Shown here: positions 17,846-27,086 of the stretch, piece after piece
Position numbering within the stretch: position 1 is the stretch's first letter
Layout: the number at the start of each line of letters is the position of its first letter
Origin: a bacterium
GTDB taxonomy: Bacteria > RBG-13-61-14 > DATKZS01
Assembly: GCA_963674965.2 (NCBI GenBank)
Contig: CAXXFL010000002.1
Span: 384,001 to 448,000, forward strand
Direction: 5' to 3'
DNA: 64,000 bases
Notes under the pieces: model-generated
Told to the model about the DNA's origin: nothing
Seen by the model: the letters and a program-made list of their open reading frames with translations, nothing else
Database searches by the model: none
Position numbers and translations under genes: made by a program

Positions 17846-20800
17846 ATGGAAGACATGGGATTGGACCTTTTTGGGGCATGTTCCCGCTACGTTGATTTCA
17901 TCGGGTCCGAAAGATATTTCGAAAAGGTGATCGAAAATATCCCGCTGGGAGTTTTCATTCTCGACGAATCCGGGCGTTGTTTATATAAAAATGAGGCCTA
18001 CCAGCATCTATTGGGGTTCGAGAACGGAGACTGGTCTGGAACTCCCGCCGGCTCGAGGTCCCATCCAGACGACCTGGACAAGGCGGCCCAGGCTTTCCGG
18101 AGCGTATTATCGGGCGAGGCGGCCCGGTTTTCGGCTCGATCCAAAAAAAGGAATGGCAAGCCGGGCCATATTGATATAAAATTATCTCAACTTAAGGTCA
18201 GGGGCCAAGGCCTCGTGCTGGGCCTCGCCAGAGAGATCAAAGAGGAATCCGAAACCATGACGTCAACAAACACCAAAGAAGATTCCCCCAGCGACTCGAG
18301 TCGGGACGCGGCAAACGGTCACGGCCTTGCCGATTGCCTGATAAAGGCCATGGACGCGGTCTCGGACCTGGTGTGCGTCATCGATAAAGACTACAAGATC
18401 GTTCGAATAAACTCCGCCATGTCCAAGTCGATAGGTCTCGCGAGCGGGGACGCCGCGGGACGTCGTTGTACTGACGTGCTTTGTCACGCTCAGGACCCTC
18501 CTTCCTACTGCCCCCACCGCCTGGTGTTGAATGACGGGTCCGGGCACGGCGGCGAGGTCGAATTGTTCGGCAAGGGCGCAAAATTCGGCGTGAACGCCTA
18601 TCCGGTCCGCGACGGTTCCGGCCGCCTGGCGGGCAGCGTGGTGGTGGCCAAGGACGAGAGCAAGGCCTTGAAGGCCCTGGAAGAGATGATGAAAAAGGAC
18701 GCCTCGTACAAGTTTTACTTCGAGAACGTGAGCGACGTTATTTTCACTATGACGAGAGACGGGACCTTTACCAGCGTCTCTCCCTCGGTCGAGCGCTACC
18801 TCGGCTATAAGCCCGAGGAACTTCTAGGCAAGAAGATGCCCGAGATGGGCATAGTCGCTCCGGTACATCACGCCAAGAGCGGCCGGGAAGTTGACGCGGT
18901 TTTCGAAGGGCTGTCCTTCAGGATTTCCGAGTACGAGTTTATGGCCAGGGACGGGACCACGAGAGTGGGCGAGGTGAGCGGCTCTCCCCTTTTCGAGGAC
19001 GGAGAGGTCACCGCCTTCCTGGGCGTGGCCCGGGACATTACCGAGCGCAGGGTCGCCGAGGAAAGCAGAAGACAAGCCGAGGCCAGGTATTCAGCTCTTA
19101 TGGCGGACTCGCTTGACGCGGTTTTCGTGCACAACATAAAAGACGGGTCCCTGGAGGACTTGAACCAGGCGGCGCTCAAGCTGACCGGATACTCGAGGGA
19201 TGAAATTGAAAAAGTGGGCAACGAGGCCTTTTTTCCCGACGAGTCCCAGTACCGGCAAACGGCTGAACTTTATGCCGAACTGCTAAAACGGGGAGCACAT
19301 AGCCGGGTTGGCGAATTGACCATCAGGAAAAAGGACGGGGCGCTGGCTCGTATCGAGGTCACGACCTCGGTCCTAAGGGACAAGGACGGAGGTCCCGCCT
19401 ATTTCCAGAGCGTCGCTCGGGACAGGACGGATACGGCCAGGGTGGCGGCCGAGCGCGAGCGCCTGCTCAAGACCTATAAGCTGGAAAAGGGGCTCATGGA
19501 AAGCATGCTCGAGGCCGGCGGCATCAGGGAAGTGGCGAGGTCCATCGCCCCTGAGCTTAAGGACCTGATCGATTATGACTGTCTTTGCCTGTTTTTAGGG
19601 GATGGAAAAGTAGAGGAGGGATTCACCGTCGGCGAGAGAGTGGATTGCGGGGGAGACAATTGTTTAATGGCCGGCCTCGAAGAGCGGGTCATGTCCGCCG
19701 TCAAGAAGGCCGCGGACGAGATAATCACCGTTCATCTTGACGATTCGGCCCAGACGGGCGGCGTCTCGAGCGTTCTCGTGGCCCCACTGATCATTGACGG
19801 GAAAAAGTTTGGGACTTTGAACCTTGGGTCCTCCCATCAAATGGAGATCGGGGAACTGGAAAAATCGATCCTGGATGGTCTTCGCGCCAAGATGGCCCTG
19901 GTGGCCTCGCGTGAAAGTTACATCCACGAGCTTAAGGAACTTCGGCGACAAAAGGAGTTCGAGCACCTGAAACTTCGCTCCATGATCGACAATATAGACC
20001 AGGCCCTTCTGATGATCGACGACAAGGACTTGGTTATCGACTTGAACCTGGGAGCGGCCAGGCTCCTCGGCATGGACAGGGAAGACATGCTTGGCCGGGG
20101 CCTCGCCGAGGTCGTTTCCCCGGAGGTTATCCGGCGTTTCGCCGTCGTTCTCGAAGAAGTTAAATCGGGACGGGTCAAGACGGGCTCCGTGAATACGCGC
20201 CTTGGCAAGGAATGGATGGACGTGAGTCTGGTGGCCATAGGAGAAGGTCTTCCCGCCTACAACGGCTGCATATTGAGCTTCGTTAACGTGACCGGCCTGG
20301 TCGAGGCCCAGGCCCGGGCGGAGGAGGCCTCGCGCTCGAAGAGCAACTTCCTGGCCAACATGTCCCATGAGATCAGGACGCCAATGAACGGCATACTGGG
20401 GTTCGCCGAACTTCTGGCCGGCTCGTCCCTGACCGACAAGCAGGCCCATTACGTCGAGACCATCACCAAGAGCGGCCACCATCTGCTCCACCTTATCAAC
20501 CAGATACTCGATCTTTCCAGGATCGAGGCGGGCCGGGAGAGCCTCGACGAGGAGCCCTTCAACCCGGCGCGCCTGGCCCTCGAGGTGGCCGAGATGGTAC
20601 GGCCCCAGGCGGAAAAGAAGGGACTCACGCTTCGGGTACTTCATTCCCCCTTCCTCCCCGACCTGGTGGTGGGAGACGGGGCCAAGATAAGACAGGTACT
20701 GCTTAACCTGGCCGGCAACGCGGTCAAGTTCACCGAGGAGGGAGAGGTCTCGATCGATATCGGGCTAAGTGACGACCACGTACTGGTAGCGAGCGTCACC

Positions 20801-21895
20801 GACACTGGTCCCGGTATTCCCAAGAGACAGCAGGACAGGATTTTCAAGGCCTTCGAGCAGTCGGAGGGGGGATTGAACAGGAGATATGAAGGCACCGGCC
20901 TGGGCCTGGCCATTTCCTCGAAGCTGGTGGAACTCCTTGGCGGGACCATCCAACTCGACAGCGATCATGGAAAGGGGGCCAGGTTCCTGATCGGCGTGCC
21001 CGTGCGCGCCATGAGCGACGAGTCGGGATTGAAAGGCGGCGCTCTTCTCGATAGTCTCGAGGAAGAGGAGAGGGCCGAAGTCCCTAAAATAGTCCTCGTT
21101 ATCGACGACGACCCCCAGGTGCGGGAGGTGCTCAAGGCCATGCTGGCCAAGTTCGGTTTCAATCCCATGCTGGTGGCCAACGGGGAGGACGGCATAACCA
21201 GGGCCCAGTTCTACGAGCCGGCCGCTATAATACTGGACGTTCGCCTTCCGGACAGGACGGGCTGGGATGTCCTTGACGTCTTGAAGAAGGACCCGATAAC
21301 CAAGGACATTCCGGTTATCATGGGAACGGTCCAGGATAAAAGCCGGGACGTCAAGGCGGAGGGCGCCGACGGCTGGCTCACCAAGCCCTTTTCCATGCTC
21401 GAGCTCGAGAAGGCCCTGCACGGATGCGGGCTAAAATGCAAGCCGGTCAAGCGAAGGCGCAAATCGAGACCGGCGGCCGAGAAGGGTCCTGGCGCCGGGC
21501 GATCGGGCGGTCCTAAAAAGATACTAATAGTAGAGGACAACTTGACCAATCGTGAGGTCATGCGGGAGGTCCTGAAAGAACGGGGGTTCGCGGTGGTCGA
21601 GGCGGAGGACGGGTCCGAGGGAATCCGCCTGGTGGAAAAGATAAATCCCGACCTCGTGATCATGGACGTCATGATGCCGGTCATGGACGGGCTCGAGGCC
21701 ACCAGGATCATCAGGGCGAGTGAAAGACACGCGGACCTTCCCATTATCGCGGTCACGGCCTCGGCCATGGACGTGGACAGGGAAAAATGCGTCGAGGCCG
21801 GCGTGACCGAGTTCATCGCCAAGCCCATAGTTTGCGATGAGCTTCTTAAAGTGGTCGAGGACCTTCTTGACTCGGACGACAAGGAAAATAAATGA
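17846..21895 (+). CDS. Multi-PAS/GAF hybrid sensor histidine kinase with two receiver domains
   Basis: About 5 PAS-like domains and a GAF; FLANMSHEIRTPMNG; NLAGNAVKFT; GTGLGLAIS; REC (IILDVRLP) and REC (VIMDVMMP). Confidence 0.92.
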   Translation: MEDMGLDLFGACSRYVDFIGSERYFEKVIENIPLGVFILDESGRCLYKNEAYQHLLGFENGDWSGTPAGSRSHPDDLDKAAQAFRSVLSGEAARFSARSKKRNGKPGHIDIKLSQLKVRGQGLVLGLAREIKEESETMTSTNTKEDSPSDSSRDAANGHGLADCLIKAMDAVSDLVCVIDKDYKIVRINSAMSKSIGLASGDAAGRRCTDVLCHAQDPPSYCPHRLVLNDGSGHGGEVELFGKGAKFGVNAYPVRDGSGRLAGSVVVAKDESKALKALEEMMKKDASYKFYFENVSDVIFTMTRDGTFTSVSPSVERYLGYKPEELLGKKMPEMGIVAPVHHAKSGREVDAVFEGLSFRISEYEFMARDGTTRVGEVSGSPLFEDGEVTAFLGVARDITERRVAEESRRQAEARYSALMADSLDAVFVHNIKDGSLEDLNQAALKLTGYSRDEIEKVGNEAFFPDESQYRQTAELYAELLKRGAHSRVGELTIRKKDGALARIEVTTSVLRDKDGGPAYFQSVARDRTDTARVAAERERLLKTYKLEKGLMESMLEAGGIREVARSIAPELKDLIDYDCLCLFLGDGKVEEGFTVGERVDCGGDNCLMAGLEERVMSAVKKAADEIITVHLDDSAQTGGVSSVLVAPLIIDGKKFGTLNLGSSHQMEIGELEKSILDGLRAKMALVASRESYIHELKELRRQKEFEHLKLRSMIDNIDQALLMIDDKDLVIDLNLGAARLLGMDREDMLGRGLAEVVSPEVIRRFAVVLEEVKSGRVKTGSVNTRLGKEWMDVSLVAIGEGLPAYNGCILSFVNVTGLVEAQARAEEASRSKSNFLANMSHEIRTPMNGILGFAELLAGSSLTDKQAHYVETITKSGHHLLHLINQILDLSRIEAGRESLDEEPFNPARLALEVAEMVRPQAEKKGLTLRVLHSPFLPDLVVGDGAKIRQVLLNLAGNAVKFTEEGEVSIDIGLSDDHVLVASVTDTGPGIPKRQQDRIFKAFEQSEGGLNRRYEGTGLGLAISSKLVELLGGTIQLDSDHGKGARFLIGVPVRAMSDESGLKGGALLDSLEEEERAEVPKIVLVIDDDPQVREVLKAMLAKFGFNPMLVANGEDGITRAQFYEPAAIILDVRLPDRTGWDVLDVLKKDPITKDIPVIMGTVQDKSRDVKAEGADGWLTKPFSMLELEKALHGCGLKCKPVKRRRKSRPAAEKGPGAGRSGGPKKILIVEDNLTNREVMREVLKERGFAVVEAEDGSEGIRLVEKINPDLVIMDVMMPVMDGLEATRIIRASERHADLPIIAVTASAMDVDREKCVEAGVTEFIAKPIVCDELLKVVEDLLDSDDKENK

Positions 21896-23034
21896 TAGGA
21901 AACCAGGCGGCGAGATCAGGGATATCCGGTGAACGGCCCGCCAAGACGGGTCTCATACTGGTGGTGGACGACAACGCTCCCAATCGGCAGCTTGTAAGGG
22001 AGGCCCTCCAGTCGAGAGGATATGGGGTCATCGAGGCCGAGGAGGGAATCAGTGGGTTCCGAATGGCCATCGAGAAGTCTCCCGACCTCGTCTTGCTCGA
22101 CATAATGATGCCGGAGGTGGACGGGTTCCAGGTGTGCGCCCAGCTCAAGAAACATCCTTCCACTCAAGGCATACCCGTAATATTCATTACCGGCCTGGAC
22201 AAGATGCAGGACGTTCTGAAGGGCTTTAAAATGGGGGCCGCCGATTACGTGGTGAAACCTCTCAAGGTGGCCGAGCTGCTTGCCCGGGTGGAAACGCACC
22301 TGAAAATAAGAAGACTGGAAAAAGAGAGGCTGTCCTCCCTCGAGGCCAGGATGAACGCCGGCCATTGGGAGTCCATTCAGGAAATCTCGGAGGGGCTCTC
22401 CCATAACTTCAACAATATCCTGGCGGCCGCCATCGGAAACCTCCAGTATCTGCGCTCCGCCCTCTCCGACGAGGAGTTGATCGAGGCCGCCGACGACTGC
22501 ATGGCGTCTCTTATGAGGGCCAAGGGATTAGTCGAGCTTTTGCAAACCTACCAGAGACTCGAGCCCGATTTCGACGCCCGAGGCGTGGCCGACGTTATCG
22601 CTCACGCCGCGGAAAAGGCCAAAGAGGAAGTGGGCGGGCAAACCCAGGTGGAATTCGACCGCGACTCTTGTTCCCTCGATATGACCTCGGGATGCGCTCC
22701 CTACGTGGGACAGGCCCTTCGGGAAATCTTTAAAAACGCCCTCGAGGCGGCCATGAAAACGGGAGGAAAAGTAAAAGTCGAGACCTGCGCCCTCGAGTAC
22801 GCGGACGAGGGAACAAAAAGAGTCAAGGTGATTGTAAAGGACGAGGGCCCGGGCTTGGAGGATGAGGTTAAAAGCAGAGTGTTCCTTCCCTTCTTCAGCA
22901 CGAAAAACACGGTGGGAGTGGGGCTGGGACTGTTTTCAGCCAAGATAGCCCTCGAGCAGATCGGCGGAAAAATCGAGGTCCGGCCCGGCAAGGAGGGAGG
23001 GGCCGAGGCGGAAATCGAGTTCCCGCTCAATTAA
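21892..23034 (+). CDS. REC-histidine kinase hybrid
   Basis: VVDD..LLDIMMPEVDG..KP; SHNFNNIL H-box; DEGPG, FFSTK, GVGLGL; ATGA overlap with upstream kinase. Confidence 0.88.
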   Translation: MIGNQAARSGISGERPAKTGLILVVDDNAPNRQLVREALQSRGYGVIEAEEGISGFRMAIEKSPDLVLLDIMMPEVDGFQVCAQLKKHPSTQGIPVIFITGLDKMQDVLKGFKMGAADYVVKPLKVAELLARVETHLKIRRLEKERLSSLEARMNAGHWESIQEISEGLSHNFNNILAAAIGNLQYLRSALSDEELIEAADDCMASLMRAKGLVELLQTYQRLEPDFDARGVADVIAHAAEKAKEEVGGQTQVEFDRDSCSLDMTSGCAPYVGQALREIFKNALEAAMKTGGKVKVETCALEYADEGTKRVKVIVKDEGPGLEDEVKSRVFLPFFSTKNTVGVGLGLFSAKIALEQIGGKIEVRPGKEGGAEAEIEFPLN

Positions 23035-23354
23035 TACTTAAGAATTCGCGCCGACTGCTCGGAAAAATGCTGGATATAACGCTCCAGATGATGGTTGTTT
23101 AGCCAAAGGCTAACGGGCTCGACCCGGCGAAAGGAAGATGAGTCCTCTTTCCGGGATTGCTGAAGGTGAAGCTTGCGGCTGATCATGAGCTGCTCCCGAA
23201 GGTCGTCGTCATATATCATCTCGCGAGTCATGCGCTCGGGAAAAACGTACTCCTCCTCGCAACCGCAACTGAATATTCCACGATGCTCCAGCGTAACCGG
23301 GTCCACGTCGAACTTTACGAACGAGTATTCCTCCAGGCACTTGTTGCAAATCAT
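23031..23354 (-). CDS. Hypothetical protein with CxxC...CxC motif
   Basis: AGGAGG RBS upstream; MICNKC...SCGC. Confidence 0.6.
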   Translation of the reverse strand: MICNKCLEEYSFVKFDVDPVTLEHRGIFSCGCEEEYVFPERMTREMIYDDDLREQLMISRKLHLQQSRKEDSSSFRRVEPVSLWLNNHHLERYIQHFSEQSARILKY

Positions 23355-23429
23355 CTCGCGGCTTTCCTCCTGCTTGGTCCAAACCGATAAATAAATCGCC
23401 CGCTTATCTTGATCCCCACTGTTTTACAT

Positions 23430-23445
23430 ATACTAAATATAGTGG
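23430..23445. promoter_or_regulatory. NrdR-box-like palindrome in divergent promoter
   Basis: CCACTATATTTAGTAT on the minus strand, close to consensus acaCwAtATaTwGtgt and next to TTGACA. Confidence 0.35.
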
Positions 23446-23673
23446 AATGTCAAGTTAAAAGTGCATTTTTATATTATATCGCCGCCCGAGCCGGATGTAA
23501 TGAAATAACGAGCATAATATACCCGGTAGCGAGCGAACCAATTGGCAATATAAGCCCTACAAAAGTTAATGAAATTAACGGCGATCTTTTTTTGCAAGAA
23601 CGAAACAAATAAGTTATTTGCCTGGAAAAGAATATGTTGTATTATTAGAAAAAGCGCCGAAAGGGAGGGGAAT

Positions 23674-24249
23674 ATGGACCTAACCGCGAAAAAGCACGTC
23701 GGAATCATTCCGCCCAGGCAAACCAAAAATAAAGTTTATCTGGATGATTTCAAAAACGTTATCACGGGCAGTTGGAACCTGGTGCCCAACGTTCTTTTCT
23801 ATCATCTTACTTATAAAAGGCTCCTTGAGGTCTTTTCCACGGGCGCCACCTACGACGTCGTCATCGCCGCCAGGATGAGAGACGACGCCGCACCCGAGGA
23901 AAACAATATTTTCAAGGCATTGACCAAGGCGAGGCTGGATATGGGCCTCAAGACGGTCTTCCTTATTTCCTACAACACATTTATGGCCAAGATGTCGGGC
24001 ATGGACGCAAACGCCGAGCAGGCCCTGATCGACGAGATATTCAAGCGACAGTACGAGGTGGCCGACCCTCCCCTGGGCGGAGTGGTACAGACGACCTCGA
24101 CCGAGCCCGTCTTCCTCCTTAGCGTGGTGGCCGATATAATCGAGGGACCTAACCGATACCTGGGAAGAAGCACTATCCATACCATTGAAAACCAGTCCCA
24201 TTTCCTCAACCATCCACCGGGAGAAACCATGGTGGGAATAAGGCAGTGA
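23674..24249 (+). CDS. Hypothetical protein, possible degenerate receiver-like fold
   Basis: GGAGG RBS before ATG 23674; YDVVIAARM and TVFLISY resemble REC beta3/beta4. Confidence 0.55.
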   Translation: MDLTAKKHVGIIPPRQTKNKVYLDDFKNVITGSWNLVPNVLFYHLTYKRLLEVFSTGATYDVVIAARMRDDAAPEENNIFKALTKARLDMGLKTVFLISYNTFMAKMSGMDANAEQALIDEIFKRQYEVADPPLGGVVQTTSTEPVFLLSVVADIIEGPNRYLGRSTIHTIENQSHFLNHPPGETMVGIRQ

Positions 24250-24415
24250 GCCGCCCTTAATAAGGGACCCGTCAAACGGTTTTCGACTTTTACTTTGCCG
24301 CGATTGGAAATCTTCCCCTTTCGCCTTATATAATATCACCCGAACTTTGCGCGGCTGACATCGCGGGTAGATCGCGCCTCTTCCGTCCCACCCGGGAACC
24401 GGGAGAGCGCGGCTT

Positions 24416-24505
24416 ATGTCCGAATATTATTCAGGAACGAGGCGTATTCGCGAAGACCCGCGGATTTGGATCACCTTAACGGAACATGGAGGCATTGCGG
24501 CATGA
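24416..24505 (+). other. Possible 29-aa leader uORF coupled to the FN3 gene
   Basis: GGGAGAG 8 nt before ATG; MSEYYSGTRRIREDPRIWITLTEHGGIAA*; TGA overlaps next ATG (ATGA). Confidence 0.3.
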
Positions 24506-27066
24506 AGAAAGGACGCCAAGTCGATGGCATAAAAGTTTTGGGAAACCCCGCGCGGATCATCGGGCTTCTGGCCCTGGTCCTCTTGCTGGCGGGAAGCTGC
24601 ACGGGCAAGGGATGCTCCTGCAAGGGATGCGGGAAAGACGGCGCGGACTCGGGAAAATCCGGACCCGGCGCCGACGGAGGCAAAGTCGTCAAGTCCGGCT
24701 CGACCGCCGACAAGGCGCCGGGAGGCGACGCGGCCAAACCAGGCGGGACCTCTCCCGATTCCGGCGGGGATAAGACGGCGACGGGCGGCCCCGGCCAGGA
24801 CAAGACCAAGTCCGGCCCGACCACTCTTCCCGGCGCGGACAAGCCGCGGCCCGGCGACCCGGCCGATCCAAAACAGAAAGAGAAACTCAAGGACATGATA
24901 CTGGAGGGAGACGGGGCCAATCCGCCCGCGGCCCCCACCGGCCTGGCCGCCATGGCGGTGGACGGAGTAAACGTGGCCTTGACCTGGAACGACGTCTCCA
25001 ACGAGGAGTACGAGTACCAGGTGGACAGGGCCAACGAGTCCATGGCCTTCTCCGTGGCCCATCGTCTGGGAGCCAACTCCCAGACCGTGGTCGACGGTCC
25101 CCTCGATCCCGGGACCTACGAGTACAGGGTGAGGGCCATCGGAGCGGGAGGGGCCTCGCCCTTCTCGGGGCCCGTGTCCGTCACCCTCGAGGGAGCGGGC
25201 GACCCGCCCGAGGCCCCCACCGGCCTGTCGGCCGCGCCCGACCCGTCCATGCGCGTCTACCTGGCCTGGAAGGACAACGCCGACGACGAGACCTATTTCC
25301 GGATCGAGCGGGAGGACGAGCAGGGGGAATATATCGACCTGGCCATGCTGGGCCCGAACGTCGAGACCTATGAGGACAATATCGTCGAGGGAGGAAAGAC
25401 TTACTCCTATAAACTATACGCCGGAAACGAGGCGGGAGAGTCCGGTCCCGCCGGACCGGTCTCGGCCGACCTCGAGGAAGTGGAAGAGCCGCCCGCGGCC
25501 CCCACCGGCCTTGCCTTCGACGTCATCAGCCCCATGAAGGCCGAGCTCCGCTGGAAGGACGAGTCGGACAACGAGACCTCTTTCATCGTCCAGGAGAAAA
25601 AGTCGGGCTTCGCCGGCTTCGTGCCCATCGATGAAACCGAGGCGGACGAGGACTCGATTACCCTGACCGCCCTGACCCCGGGCAAGTCTTATACCATGAG
25701 GGTCATCGCCAGGAACGCCGCGGGTGACAGCGAGCCCTCCAACGAGGTGACCTTCCAGACCCAGGGGTCCGGGTCACTGGCCAACGCCGTGATTACCGTC
25801 TCGCCCGACGGGACATTGACCATCGACAACCAGGTGGGGCAGGGCGCCCCGGCCCTCGAGCTTATCGAGTCCTCCGCCTCCGGCGGCGGAGTCACGGCCC
25901 GCATAGCCGTTACCAACGCCGATCCGACGGTCCAGCTCGAGAACGTTTACGTCGTGATCGAGGACTCGAGCGAGGAGGGCGTCACCCTGCAAGGCTGCGA
26001 CCGCGGCCCGGACTCCTGCTCGGTCGGCGAGGGCGCGAGCAACAACGACCCGGTCGGTTACCAGTACGTCGAGGGCGGCGAGAAGGGCCAGGCGCCCCTG
26101 GGCGGGGAAATGCTGGACTTCGGAAAAATGACCAACGCCACCTGGGCCGTTCGCGATATCTGGCCCACCTGCGGCCAGGTCGGGGTCGAGTGGAATATCC
26201 AGGGCCTGGGAGGACAGACCGAACTGGCGGCCGCCATCTTCGGGGAAAAGGTACCCGCCGACTTCAGGCTGGACGCCAGGTACAACAAGGACAACTCCCT
26301 TTTCCTGGTCGAGGCCTATACGATAGGAGTAGACGCGGGAGACGGCTATCATGAACCGGGATCGAGAAACAATCCCACCGCCCGGCCCGTGACCTCCCTA
26401 AATAAGGGCGACCTCTTCGCGGTCAACGTCTCCATCGAGGCCGGCGACTGGATGGAAAGGCAGGGGAACATGGGAAGGTACCTGCCCGCGCCCAACGCCG
26501 ACTACAAGTACTGGAAGCGCATTCCATTCGCCGTGACCTACGACCCGGCCGTGGTAAGGCCCATCTCGAGCAATAAAACAACGCCGGAGGGAGTGAAGGT
26601 AACCCCGGGCATACTCGATCCCATCAAGGCGCCCAACCAGCTTGACGACGGGTTCCTTATAACCTGGCAGAACAAGCACGACGACCTGGGGTACATGGGC
26701 GTGTTCACGGAGTATACCAAATTCACCTTTGATGAGGGAGAAGACGGCAATACCGTCTGTGGGCACTGCGGGCAGGAGGGATTCGTCAACGCGGCCGGCG
26801 TCAGCCAGGGACCGGACGCCGACGTCGAGACCACCCTGGCGGTCATCTATTTCGAGGTGATCGGCGAGGCGGGAACGGGAACGGCCATTCGGATAGCGCC
26901 CCGGCCCCATACGGGGTTCCAGCTTTACAAGACGAACGGGACCATTAAAGACGGGGACGACCAGGAGGTGAACGACGTCTACCTCGAGGTCAATCCCAGC
27001 CTCCCTCCCACCATATCCCTCGAGGGAGACCAGCAGGTGAATGAAACGTATATATGCGTTCAGTAA
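24502..27066 (+). CDS. Large surface lipoprotein: low-complexity linker, three FN3 domains, C-terminal cohesin-like beta domain
   Basis: LLLAGSC lipobox-like site; three repeats of PxAPTGL..W.D..NE..F.(I/V)..Y.Y.(V/L).A.N.AG.S; C-terminal GDLFAVNVSI / FAVTYDPAVV / LAVIYFEVIG. Confidence 0.8.
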   Translation: MKKGRQVDGIKVLGNPARIIGLLALVLLLAGSCTGKGCSCKGCGKDGADSGKSGPGADGGKVVKSGSTADKAPGGDAAKPGGTSPDSGGDKTATGGPGQDKTKSGPTTLPGADKPRPGDPADPKQKEKLKDMILEGDGANPPAAPTGLAAMAVDGVNVALTWNDVSNEEYEYQVDRANESMAFSVAHRLGANSQTVVDGPLDPGTYEYRVRAIGAGGASPFSGPVSVTLEGAGDPPEAPTGLSAAPDPSMRVYLAWKDNADDETYFRIEREDEQGEYIDLAMLGPNVETYEDNIVEGGKTYSYKLYAGNEAGESGPAGPVSADLEEVEEPPAAPTGLAFDVISPMKAELRWKDESDNETSFIVQEKKSGFAGFVPIDETEADEDSITLTALTPGKSYTMRVIARNAAGDSEPSNEVTFQTQGSGSLANAVITVSPDGTLTIDNQVGQGAPALELIESSASGGGVTARIAVTNADPTVQLENVYVVIEDSSEEGVTLQGCDRGPDSCSVGEGASNNDPVGYQYVEGGEKGQAPLGGEMLDFGKMTNATWAVRDIWPTCGQVGVEWNIQGLGGQTELAAAIFGEKVPADFRLDARYNKDNSLFLVEAYTIGVDAGDGYHEPGSRNNPTARPVTSLNKGDLFAVNVSIEAGDWMERQGNMGRYLPAPNADYKYWKRIPFAVTYDPAVVRPISSNKTTPEGVKVTPGILDPIKAPNQLDDGFLITWQNKHDDLGYMGVFTEYTKFTFDEGEDGNTVCGHCGQEGFVNAAGVSQGPDADVETTLAVIYFEVIGEAGTGTAIRIAPRPHTGFQLYKTNGTIKDGDDQEVNDVYLEVNPSLPPTISLEGDQQVNETYICVQ

Positions 27067-27086
27067 CGGGTAAAGAAAATTCAGCC

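Noticed and set aside
24401..24435. Glycine riboswitch (GGAGAG..CCGAA..TCAGG)
   Set aside because: Lacks GAAGG and CTCTCAGG cores and the P3 stem; no glycine-related gene downstream
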